31,754 nucleotides of DNA from Octopus sinensis. Lineage: Eukaryota. The stretch is taken from NCBI RefSeq assembly GCF_006345805.1, contig NW_021833364.1:1-31754 (forward strand), written 5' to 3'. Below, in pieces: positions 19,457 through 30,988 of the stretch. Both the position numbers and the translations under genes were made by a program. Below the pieces are notes generated by a model. That model saw only the letters and a program-made list of their open reading frames with translations, had not been told where the DNA came from and searched no databases. Positions within the stretch are counted from its first letter, which is position 1, and each line of letters begins with the position of its first letter.

Positions 19457-19684
19457 TGTTTCTTTACTACCCATAAGGATCTACACACAGAGGGGACAAA
19501 CAAGGACAGACAAACGGATTAAGTCGATTATATCGACCCCAGTGCGTAACTGGTGCTTAATTTATCGACCCCGAAAGGATAAAAGGCAAAGTCGACCTCG
19601 GCGGAATTTGAACTCAGAACGTAACTGCAGACGAAATACGGCTACGCATTTCGCCCGGCGTGCTAACGTTTCTGCCAGCTCGCC
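19457..19684 (-). mobile_element. SINE S2 monomer with 15-bp target-site duplication
   Basis: Head ggcgagctggcagaaacgttagc..gttctgagttcaaattcc (A/B boxes). TSD gccagaagtgtaact at 19442-19456 and 19682-19696. Confidence 0.92.
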
Positions 19685-19989
19685 AGAAGTGTAACTGTCA
19701 CGCATTGAGATTTTTATGTACAAAATCTGAAGACAATGATTCTGCTTTTCAAAAAGCTTACGTCGTTGATTTTAGGTGCTCTCCTCTATACAGTACTGTT
19801 TTTTTTTATTATGATGATGATGATGATGGGGTGGTGGTGGAGGAGGAGGTGGGTAGGATGATGACGATGATGACCACGAGGAAACTGTTATTGTCATTCA
19901 TATGTGGCTGGTTTCATTCCCTTACCACTTTTCCTAAGTGGCTATCGATAATTTTACTCCAATTTCAACATCCCTTCCCACGCTCCTCT

Positions 19990-20137
19990 TACACCCTTCG
20001 ACTGGTTTGCATATATATATATATATATATATATACAAATACACACACACACACACATGTATTTATATATATTATATATACATATATATTGTATATACAT
20101 ATATATATATGTATATTTCATATATATAGTATATACA

Positions 20138-20178
<41 letters not shown>

Positions 20179-20293
20179 ATATATATATGTATATATATAT
20201 GTATATATATAGATATATATATATATTATATATATATTATATATATATATATGTATATATATATATGTATATATAGATATATATATATATATG

Positions 20294-20326
<33 letters not shown>

Positions 20327-20498
20327 TATGTCTAATGTATGCATGTACATATGTATGCATATATATGTGTGTATTTTCTTTTATATACACTTGTAAACAT
20401 AAAGATATTCGCCTTTCTTTTTTTACACGCTTCTTGTAATAACAAGTATAATAATAATAATAATGTAATATAATAATACAACAACAAACAACAACAAC

Positions 20499-20552
<54 letters not shown>

Positions 20553-20727
20553 TAATAATAATAAAACGAGAATAATAATAGCCCTATCCATATAGTGATG
20601 ATAGAGGACATATTTAAATAAACAAGGATCACCGTGTTGTTCCTGAATACGTGTTTTGTACACACACGTGAATGCATGTATGTATATATATATATATATA
20701 GTAAAAATGTAAACAAGCATGCAAATA

Positions 20728-20762
<35 letters not shown>

Positions 20763-20866
20763 ATAAATATATATATATATGTATATAACATATACATATA
20801 TATTTATTGATATATATATATATGGACATATTTGCCTGCTTGTTTACATTTACAGTATATATATAG

Positions 20867-20910
<44 letters not shown>

Positions 20911-21238
20911 CATACATATATATATTATATATTATATATATATATAAATACATACATACATATATGTATGTATAATAAATATATATATATATATTTGTTC
21001 TTCTTATTTATTTGTACAACCCAAATATTTAGTCTATCGATTTATATTAACATGCATACATACGTACATAGTTATATATATATTTTTTGTTTTTGTATGT
21101 TGACACACGCACACCCACACACACACATACACACACGCACAGACACAGACGTGCACACATTCATACATATTTTTTTAATAATTTTTCAACTATTTTTCCT
21201 GTCACTCTTTACTTGACGTTGTTTACATTATTATCTTA

Positions 21239-21320
<82 letters not shown>
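19990..21320. repeat. (AT)n blocks (19990-20330, 20680-20990), (AAT)n (20445-20560) and (ATT)n (21241-21320)
   Basis: Directly visible. Confidence 0.95.
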
Positions 21321-21321
<1 letters not shown>

Positions 21322-21597
21322 TATTTTGTTTTAACATTTACATTTCTCAACTCGTCTTCCTTTCATAATGCTTCACTCAATCAACATCGTTTATCGATTA
21401 TCTAAAGTCTGCAATAAATAAATAAATAAATAAATAAATAAAATAGGAAATAAATGAAAATAGAAAGTAAATACAAACCAATAACAATAAAAAAAAATAA
21501 AGACGTGCAATAAAGAAAAAAGGCAAAGAAAATGAGTGATAACAACAAAAACATAACATATGAGAAAAAATCTATATCATAAACGGAAAGAAACCAC

Positions 21598-21698
21598 AAT
21601 AATAATAACAATAATAATAATAATGATAATAATAATAATAATAATAATAATAATTAATAACAACAACAACAATAATAATAATAATGATAATAATAATG

Positions 21699-21732
<34 letters not shown>

Positions 21733-21754
21733 TAATAATAATAATAATAATAAT

Positions 21755-21786
<32 letters not shown>

Positions 21787-21959
21787 ATGATAATAATAAT
21801 AATAACAATAATAATAATAATGATAATAACAACAGCGGCAATATCATCGTTATCATCATCATAACCATCATCATTAGAATGTTTATTATTGTCGTTGTTG
21901 CTTTTGTGTTGTTGTTGTTGTTGTTGTTATTATTATTATTTTTATTATTATTATTATTA

Positions 21960-22010
<51 letters not shown>
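21598..22010. repeat. (AAT)n (21598-21830) followed by (GTT)/(ATT)n (21905-22010)
   Basis: Directly visible; the two tracts have opposite polarity. Confidence 0.95.
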
Positions 22011-22011
<1 letters not shown>

Positions 22012-22123
22012 TCTTATAAATATAACAATCATATTAGCGAAATAAATCATAATAAAGTAATGTTAATAATAAGAATATTATGACATTGGTACTAATTATA
22101 TAAAATCACTGATATCAATAATC

Positions 22124-22462
22124 GTGGCACTCCGTCGGTTGCGACGACGAGGGTTCCATTTGATCCGATCAACGGAACAGCCTGCTCGTGAAATTAACGT
22201 GCAACTGGCTGAGCACTCCACAGACACGTGTACACTTAACGTAGTCCTCTGGGGAGATTCAGCTTGATACAGAGTGTGACAAGGCTGACCCTTTGAAATA
22301 CAGGCACAACAGAAACAGGAACAAAGAGTGAGAGAAAGTTGTGATGAAAGAGTATAGCAGGGTTCGCCACCAGCCCCTTGCCGGAGCTTCGTGGAACTTT
22401 AGGTGTTTTCGCTCAATAAACTCTCACAACGCCCGGTCTGGGAATCGAAACCGCGAGTCCGC
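22124..22462 (-). mobile_element. Chimeric SINE: S4 head (22311-22462) joined to S3 body and tail (22124-22310)
   Basis: 22311-22462 is the reverse complement of an S4-like head (compare 31400-31560); 22124-22310 aligns with S3 at 30989-31170. Confidence 0.85.
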
Positions 22463-22474
22463 TTGATGATGATG

Positions 22475-22498
22475 GTGATAATAATAATAATAATAATG

Positions 22499-22550
<52 letters not shown>

Positions 22551-22945
22551 GCTATAAAATAAAACTACTGAATGATATAATATAATTATTATTATTATTA
22601 TTATTATATTATTATTATTATTATAATATTGTTTGTGTTGTTGATGTGATGTATGATGATGATGATGATTATGATGATGATGATGAAGAAATGAAGAATG
22701 ATGATGATGAGAGAGGAAGAAGAAGAGAAGAAGAAAGAGAGAAGAAGAAGAAGATGATGAAGAAGAAGAAGAAGAAGAAGAAGAAGAAGAAGAGAGAAGA
22801 AGAAGAAGAAGAAGAGAAGAAGAAGAAGAAGAAGAAGAAGAAGAAGACGAGAAGAAGAAGAAGACAGAAGAAGAAGAAGAAGAAGAAGAGAAGAAGAAGA
22901 AGAAGAAGAAGAAGAAGAAGAAGAAGAAGAAGAAGAAGAAGAAGA
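22475..22945. repeat. (AAT)n, (ATT)n, (GAT)n and a polypurine (GAA)n tract of about 225 bp (22720-22945)
   Basis: Directly visible. Confidence 0.95.
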
Positions 22946-23269
22946 ATGATGACAACGAGGCGAAGTAAAAGAAAATATTATAAGACGGCGAACTTAGTAG
23001 GAAAAAAATATATCAAGGAAATTTAGCTGCATCAGACACATTCGATTCTGAAGTCTTGGAAAATGTTTTGAAAGAAAATAAAGAAGGAATAATATAAAGA
23101 TATCAGGTGATACTGCAAGGGATAGAAAAAAATGTTTTGAAGGCATAAATACAAATAAATGAAAAACGAAAGATAAATATAGTTATACATCAAATAGAAA
23201 TGTAGGTGAGAAAAGATGCAAGCCAGGAAGAAAGCCATTGAACTTATGTATGTATGTTAAATTATGTGT

Positions 23270-23274
23270 ATGTG

Positions 23275-23305
<31 letters not shown>

Positions 23306-23633
23306 GTATGTATGTATGTATATATGTATGTATATATGTCTGTATATATGTATATATGTAGGTACGTATGTATTATATATGCATGTATGCATGTATGTAT
23401 GCATGTATATGTATGTATATATGTATGTATATATGTATGTATGTATATATGCCTGTATATAAATGTATGTGTCTTTGCAAGTATATATGTGTGTGAGTGA
23501 GAGTATGTCTTCATATGCATATGTTTGTTTGTGTATGTATGTATATGGACATGTATATATGTGTCTGTGTTACTAAGTATATTTAAAAACGCACACCTAT
23601 GTATAAACATTGATCACATATAACTCATACGCA

Positions 23634-23683
<50 letters not shown>

Positions 23684-23830
23684 TGTATATGTATATATGG
23701 ATATAAGCATATATATATTTACTTACACAAATATTTATTATGTATGTTTGTATACATGAATGCATGTATATATATATATGTATGAATGTATGTTTGTAAG
23801 TATGTACCTGTGCATGTATGCATGAGTACA
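23270..23830. repeat. (AT)n/(ATGT)n low-complexity region
   Basis: Directly visible. Confidence 0.9.
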
Positions 23831-24212
23831 TGTATGTACGTATACATGATGGTTTCATGTGTCCGCCTTCGTATCTTACTACACATGTGCATGGTCCTAT
23901 GTATAATGGATACATGGCTGTGCGTCTGTGTTTTTGAAATATATTGACGTATGATTTTTTGTGGGGTTTTTTTTTGTTTTTTACTGCAGAAAGGTTTTAC
24001 TGAAATGTCATCCATTCTTCAAAAACGTGACTAATAAGGATTTATCATGGGATGCGAATTGATGGACACATTATGCAACGCCATCTACAGGCCCGCACGC
24101 ACATACTCACTCAGACACACAACATATGTATATATGCATATATATATATATTATATGAAGGTATGTAGAAAAATACAACATGGACAAGAACGTATAACTC
24201 TTAGAAGACGAT

Positions 24213-24249
<37 letters not shown>

Positions 24250-24564
24250 CATATACATACATATAATACACACACACAAATATACATATGTATATACAAT
24301 ATATACACATATATCTGTTATTCTGTTATCCTTTTACTAGTTCCAGTCTGTGGTCATACTGGAGCACCACGCACACACATACACACACACATAAATGCAT
24401 ATACTTCCATTTAAGTATGTGTTATTGGTTTTAATGCGTGTTCGAAGAGTTATAGATTTTCGTTGTTAATGTGTTTTAATCTATTGAAGTTAATGTGTTT
24501 TAATCTGTTTTAATCAGCATATCAAACACATAAAAACACCATTGCGCGGAAATACGTATATACA

Positions 24565-24683
24565 TATATACACGCATGCATACATACATACATACATACA
24601 TACATACATGCATACATACATACATACATACATACATACATACATACATACATACATACATACATACATACATACACATACAT
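24565..24683. repeat. (CATA)n tract immediately 5' of a LINE fragment
   Basis: Directly visible. Confidence 0.95.
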
Positions 24684-25130
24684 AAAGCTGAAGATCAGTG
24701 GAAAAGAGAACACCCATGCTGATATATTGAGAAATCTGCAGTTACTCTATCCAGATTACAAGTTCAGGTTTATACCTGTAATTATTGGGGCCCGGGGATA
24801 TGTAACACACTGCCTAAATACCAATTTTGAGAAATTAGGTTTCTCAAAACCAGAAAGGAGAACGCTAATTCGTAGACTACAGATCCAATCCGTCACTTGA
24901 ACTGTTAAAATCTGTAATACTTTCCAGAAGTTTATCATTTAAATATATATGAGCATGTCTACATGTGCAACTATATGGATGGGAATACGTATATAAAACA
25001 TATAAATCTGCACATACATACATACAAAAATACTCTGTTGCTGATGTTGAAATTCCAATGAAGGAGCCTTAGATCTAGGTTAGAAACCAGTTCTTTCTCT
25101 ATTGGCAAGAAATCTTGAAATAAACTGATA
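24684..25130 (+). mobile_element. 5'-truncated R4/Dong-like LINE family E (RLE C-terminus and 3'UTR)
   Basis: KLKIS.KENT.AD.LRNLQLLYPDYKFRFIPVIIGARGYVTHCLNTNFEKLGFSKPERRTLIRRLQIQSVT.TVKICNTFQKFII* (24940-24942). Homologous to 6466-6670 on the reverse strand. Confidence 0.9.
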
Positions 25131-25812
25131 CATACAAACAAAAATACCCTGTTGTTGATGTTGAAATTCTAATGAAGGATGTTTAGATGCTGGTTAGAAA
25201 CTGACTCTTTATTGGCAAGAAATCTTGAAATAAAACTTAACATTGACATACATACATACATGCATACATACATACATACATACATACATACATACATACA
25301 TACATACATACATACATACAAAATACCCTGTTGTTGATGTTGAAATTCTAATGAAGGATGTTTAGATGCTGGTTAGAAACTGACTCTTTATTGGCAAGAA
25401 ATCTTGAAATAAAACTTAACATTGACATACATACATACATGCATACATACATACATACATACATACATACATACATACATACATACATACATACATACAT
25501 ACATACATACATACATACATACAAAATACCCTGTTGTTGATGTTGAAATTCTAATGAAGGATGTTTAGATGCTGGTTAGAAACTGACTCTTTATTGGCAA
25601 GAAATCTTGAAATAAAACTTAACATTGACATACATACATACATGCATACATACATACATACATACATACATACATACATACATACATACATACATACATA
25701 CATACATACAAAATACCCTGTTGTTGATGTTGAAATACATACCTTGGATCTAGTTTAGATATCGGCTCTTTCTCTATTGGTAAGAAATCTTGAAATAAAA
25801 CTGAACAATGAC
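25028..25812 (+). repeat. Tandem array of the last about 100 bp of the family E 3'UTR, separated by (CATA)n (5 units)
   Basis: Units start at about 25028, 25141, 25320, 25523 and 25710; units 2-4 are near identical. Confidence 0.93.
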
Positions 25813-26889
25813 ATATATAGCATCACGAAAAGATATGTTCTGTTGTGGAAACCAGTTTCCCTCTGGACAGCAATGTGGTTAGGAAAATGCAAGGGAAAAA
25901 TTACATCAATACCGTTAATAAGTATGACCTTGCCTTCGTTCACTTTTGCCTAGTCTCGTGGATTCGCTGTCCTGCTTTCCAATCTGAAATAGAATCATAC
26001 TTGCTAGACTTCCCCTAAAAAAAAGGGCAAGCTATGTTATCTTTGAAATATTTGAATGCTAGATCATTTGAAGCTTGTTACAACCGCACCATGCTAATTC
26101 CTTGCGTATCAGGAAATCTTTCTTGAACAAGACACGTATCGATCACTTTGATCGTCTATATATCTGGCTTCTCATAATGCCTCAAGAATTCCCATGCTCA
26201 TTTTCCTGAAAGACCGCAACAGGTTTTCAAAGCTGTTTTTAGTTTGGCCAGAAAAACCCATTCATACTTATAAAGGTATGTTGAAAAAATTACATTTTGC
26301 ATCAATCTTCTCGATTTTCCCAGCGTAGCAGCGTCATGATTTTCAAATAGAATAGACCATGTGTTCAGATCCTGTAGATTGCTTGGAGACACAAGGCGTT
26401 ATAAAATTCTCCCTATACACTTGTCTTCACCACAAAAGAACTATTAGCAGCTCGTATCTTTATAATGTGTACATTAAATGACATATATATAGTTATATAT
26501 GTGTGTGTCTGTGTGTATGTCTGTCTGTTTGTGTGTGCGCGTATGTATGTATGTATTTATGTAGGTATGTTTGCATGTATGTATATATTAATGATCGGTT
26601 TTTATGTCAAGTTGTTTATGAAATAATTTAACATTAAATTCAAGGGTTACTCAATTCTTTCAAGTAGATGGTCAACATTGACTCCGAAGTTTCAATTTGC
26701 TTTCTTTCGTCATACTCCCTATGAAAGTGGAGTAATTCAGGTGGTATATAGTGTATATGTGTGCGCGTATGTATACAAGTATACATGTGTATCTGTCTGT
26801 CTATCTATGTATCTATCTATCTTTCTTTCTCTGTGTCTCTTCCTCCCTCTCTCTCTCTCTCTCTGCCCTCTCCTCTCTCTATCTCTCTA

Positions 26890-26949
<60 letters not shown>

Positions 26950-27008
26950 CATACTACATATACATATAGACAACAGACAGATAGATAGATAGGTAGATAG
27001 ATAGATAA

Positions 27009-27277
27009 GTTTCTTTATTGGCCCACAGGCTGCACACAGATGGGACAAGTTACAAGGTAGAGCTTTTCTTTGGGGATGAAGAGAACAAAAAACAAAAGAA
27101 AAAAAAGGGTGGCGTAGGTTTTCGATCAAGAGGGATCGTAAAAGGAAAGAAAAAACAAAACAAAAAAAATTGAATAAAATAAAAGAATAAAAAAAAAAAA
27201 GGAAAGGAAAAGGAACAAAGGAAAGAGAAATGAAAAAAGAAGAAAAAGTGGGGGGAAAAGGGGTAAGAGGAAAAAAA
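27009..27277 (-). mobile_element. 5'-truncated Tx1-like 3' end flanked by (TAGA)n on both sides
   Basis: Reverse complement is nearly identical to 8761-8902; (GATA)n at about 26975-27007 and 27278-27313. Confidence 0.9.
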
Positions 27278-27629
27278 GATAGATAGATAGAATAGATAGA
27301 TAGATAGATAGATATACACATGCATGCATACATGTATGTATGTATGTATATATGTATGTGTATTTGGTGGAAAAGTAAATATTTGGTCCTATATTTATAT
27401 TATTGTATTTGTATGCATATATAAAGCGGTTCGGTAACAGAGAACGATAAAATGAGTCCTATATTTAAAACATATAATAAGTACGCGTAAGAAACAAAAA
27501 ATGTGTGTGTGTGTGGTGTGTACTTACATGTATGTGTGCGTGTGTGTGTGTGTGTTTGTACTTACATGTATGTGTGCGTGTGTGTAAAAGAAATTAGACG
27601 TAAATTGATGTGTTGAAATATTTTTGTGG

Positions 27630-27815
27630 CGCACACTCCGTCTGAGTTTCGTTCATTTACACCGAAGTGGACGTAGCCATTCGATAAAGGAAGATCAATA
27701 AGCTAAGTACTCGACAACGTTACGATATAAACGACTTAATCCATTGTATTTTTTGCCATAGCATGGATGCAGTCCAGTAATAGAATAAAATAGAACAAAA
27801 TAAAATAAAAGAAAA
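27630..27815 (+). mobile_element. Old, diverged SINE (S2-like body with S1-like tail)
   Basis: ccgaagtggacgtagccattcgataaaggaagatcaataagctaagtac..aaacgacttaatcc loosely matches the S2 core; gcatggatgcagtccagtaatagaataaaatagaacaaaataaaa resembles the S1 tail. Confidence 0.45.
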
Positions 27816-29609
27816 GAACATCATGAGCTTCACCTTTCCATTTTAATTCCTGCTTGTCTTATATTCTTTGAAACCATTCTCCTAAAAACGATGCCCAGCA
27901 AATTACTTGTATAGTATATGTCTGCGATGTATGTCTAACTTACCAGTTCCCCTATCTAATATAACTAACTACATTTGGAGCAGAGTTGACAGAACTCTGC
28001 CGTCTATTATTTGATAGCATTGTAAATTCTGTTGTTATTTTCCATCCCTTTTGTCTTGGAGGCTTTTGTTTTGTTACCCTTCACAAGACCAACAAAACTA
28101 TAGATTATAAAACGTGAGCATTGTTGCGTAAACTTTTGGTAATATTTATTGATACGTATTGGTTTCGATTAACTCAAATTATTCCCCTCCTAACGACCAA
28201 AGTTCCATTCCATGCTCATTGTCCTTACAACCATTGCAAATTCTTCCTTTTAAACCGTTATAATCCATTACGTTTTAGTGGTTATTGTCTATGGAATTAG
28301 GAGGGTCCAGTTATATTGCTATCGTTTTTTTTTATTACTGTTATACAGTTATATTTTTAAAGGGTCTTTTTATCTCTGTGATTGATTTGGTTTATTGCAT
28401 TTCTGTTTCCCTTTCTTTATGCTTGCTTCTAAAGGGTGATCCTTCAATACGCTTTCACTTTGTTATTCAAAGTTTTAAACTTTTACTTTTCGGCACAAAA
28501 TTGTTCTATTCGTTTACATTCGTTAAATCCCTTGCTGCTGCTTTTTTTTCTCTCCCTCTCTCTCAGTCTATTCTCGATATGGTGAATCAATGGTTTACTT
28601 GTAGATACAAGACTATAAGTTGTTTAGTAAAGAGACATCAAGAAGTTTTCATTTTACTGTAGGATTCTCGCTGGACAGTAAATCATTTAAACAACACAGA
28701 GTTGCCTTTCAACGTCTTACTTTTTTCTCTTAAGTTCTCCTTTGATGTTTGACATCACAGATTTAAATTCTTCCTTCTGAGCATTTCATAAACAATATTT
28801 TTTTCGATCCAGTGAGTAACAGTTTATTGAAATTTAGGAGTAGTTTTAAGGCTAAAAAAAATTATGTTTCCTTTGTATATCAGAATGGTAAAACAAATGC
28901 CAAGAGACTCACCAGTGACATTGGTCAGTGGTCCGACATACTAGCAAATACTATGAAATCGTTCTATAAGCTCAATGAAACATTTCATAGCGATGACATA
29001 AAAGTAGATCTTACGAATTTAATACTATAATGTGACCTACGCTGATTTCAAACCCATTCACTAATAAAAGCCACAGAACCATTCCATATAAAGCCAATAC
29101 GATTTATGCAAAGATAAAGGACTTTAGATAATACATGGTCGAATTTTTTCCATCTCTAAACTGCAAGTAACTTGCTAACAACTGAATGTATATTAATGTA
29201 TATTAATGTATATTGATGTGTATTAATTCGTTTTCGGTTCCATATTTCTAAAGTGATCATTATATAATCAAATGTTCTTTTGTTAATGTTTTGTTTTTTT
29301 TCTTGTTTTGATTTATTGTTACCAAGTCCCAAGGAGGAACCTACAGAATGTGTATAAGTAAATGAGACAAACAATTATAAATTTGGTGCTCAGCATTAGA
29401 ATTACGTACTTATAGTAAATATAGTGGGTGGGTCACAAATGATCGTCACAAGCAAGGAGAGAAATATGTTCCAGCAACTGAATTTGAACTTACAAACACT
29501 TCCGTTTATTGTGTATTTATTGTGTATTTAGTCGCTTTACAGAATGTATACAGGATACTGACAAACTGGAAAAGGAATTTCTCCTCTTTCATAATGCTGA
29601 CATATTTAC

Positions 29610-30024
29610 TTCTTTATTGCCCAAGAGGGGGGCTAAGCATGGAGGGAACAAACAAGGACAGACAAAGGGATTAAGTCGATTACATCGACCCCAGTACGTA
29701 ACTGGTACTTAATTTATCGACCCCGAAACGATGAAATGCAAAGTCAACCTCGGCGGAATTTGAACTCAGAACGTAAAGACGGACGAAATACCTATTTCTT
29801 TACTACCCACAAGGGGCTAAACACAGAGAGAACACACAAGGACAGGCAAACGGATTAAGTCGATTACATCGACCCCAGTGCGTAACTGGTACTTAATTTA
29901 TCGACCCCGAAAGGATAAAAGGCAAAATCGACCTCAGCGGAATTTGAACTCAGAACGTTATGGCAGACGAAATACAGCTACGCATTTCGCCCGACATGCT
30001 AACGATTCTGCCAGCTCGCCGCCT
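29610..30024 (-). mobile_element. SINE S2 head-to-tail dimer with complete tRNA-like head
   Basis: Head aggcggcgagctggcagaatcgttagc; the second unit restarts at gtatttcgtc (junction about 29791), the same junction as at 13737. Confidence 0.92.
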
Positions 30025-30330
30025 ATGATGCTAACATATTGAAAACAATTTCTTTTCAACAGGACAGTTGTTTACAGTACTGAGTACAGGTAAACTGTGC
30101 TACATCCGTACGTCCCAAGTAAAAGAGTGCTGGATGTAACAAACGCTGATCAGGGAGTTTATTTCTCTTGGTTTTCTTACATAGGAGAGTATCAAAATTA
30201 TAAGACAAGTAGGTATATGTGTATGAGTCTCAAAGATTTGGAGGGATTTTTGTTGGTCAGAAAAAGAAGAGGAAAGAGCTTCGTTTTTTTTTCTTCTTTT
30301 GTAAATTCTCACTATATGTATATATATGTG

Positions 30331-30540
30331 ACTGCGTATGTACCGTTGGCGATGTGTTTTTTTTCCTCTGTCTTCCCTTCTTTGGATCTTTCCTTTTCCT
30401 ATGTTTCTGACGAAGAGCTCCGCTCGAAACGTTAAACCCTTCTTCTTTCCTTCTTTCCTGAGCGTCCAATAATACTATATTTGTTCCACGTCCTCGCGTT
30501 GTTGTGTTTTCTCTTTTTGTTTTCATGTTTGGATTAACTT
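30331..30540 (+). mobile_element. Penelope-like element terminal-repeat fragment
   Basis: Contains the minimal hammerhead motif ctgacgaagagctccgctcgaaacgtt typical of PLE termini, in a pyrimidine-rich context. No PLE coding sequence recognised. Confidence 0.6.
30403..30437 (+). ncRNA. Minimal type-I hammerhead ribozyme motif
   Basis: GTTT-CTGACGA-A-GAGC-tcc-GCTC-GAAA-CG-TT-AAAC: 4-bp stem I, 4-bp stem II, palindromic ACGT in place of stem III; predicted cut after 30433. Confidence 0.65.
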
Positions 30541-30559
30541 TATATATATATTATATATC

Positions 30560-30608
30560 TTTGACTAAATGCGGTGCTGCAGCATGGCCACAATCAACTG
30601 ACTGAAAC
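30560..30608 (+). mobile_element. SINE S1 3' tail fragment
   Basis: ttgactaaatgcggtgctgcagcatggccacaatcaactgactgaaac matches 8137-8184. Confidence 0.65.
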
Positions 30609-30935
30609 GTTTGAAACAGAGTATTATAAATATTTCAAAGCTTTCATTCGTATGCACATATGAATATCGAGCGTGTGTGTGTGTGTGCGAGTGAGGGCAT
30701 GCGCGTTGGTGTGCACCTACTTTTGTGTATACACTCGCCTGGAAGCATATGCGGGCGCCCACACTGTATGCGTTTTGTTGTCATTTGCTTAGAAATATTT
30801 TGTTCGCCATATTCTTTGTGTATGTGTATGTGGGTAAGGTGGGTGCACTTGCCTGTAAGAATATGAAAACTGATCACACTGCATTTACTATACCTGCTCA
30901 TATGTGACATCATGTATAAATGCATGTGTGTGTGT

Positions 30936-30966
<31 letters not shown>

Positions 30967-30988
30967 GCTTTCACATACATTTCTTAAA

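Noticed and set aside
19660-20439. 259-aa ORF
   Set aside because: Starts in a SINE head and runs through GAT/GGT and (AT)n repeats; no recognisable domain.
22413-23026. K/R/E-rich and F/S-rich ORFs
   Set aside because: (GAA)n/(GAT)n translated on either strand.
25028-25812. CRISPR-like repeat-spacer array
   Set aside because: Repeats are about 100 bp of LINE 3'UTR, spacers are all (CATA)n, the context is eukaryotic and there are no cas genes.
27940-28330. Minus-strand short frames (CNGC motif; RRQSS) upstream of a GTAAGT donor at about 27943
   Set aside because: Frames are short and interrupted by stops, and no consistent acceptor-donor exon can be drawn.
29185-29225. 9-bp tandem repeat atgtatatt (four times) and the small duplication at 27500-27590
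   Set aside because: Ordinary slippage products in low-complexity DNA.
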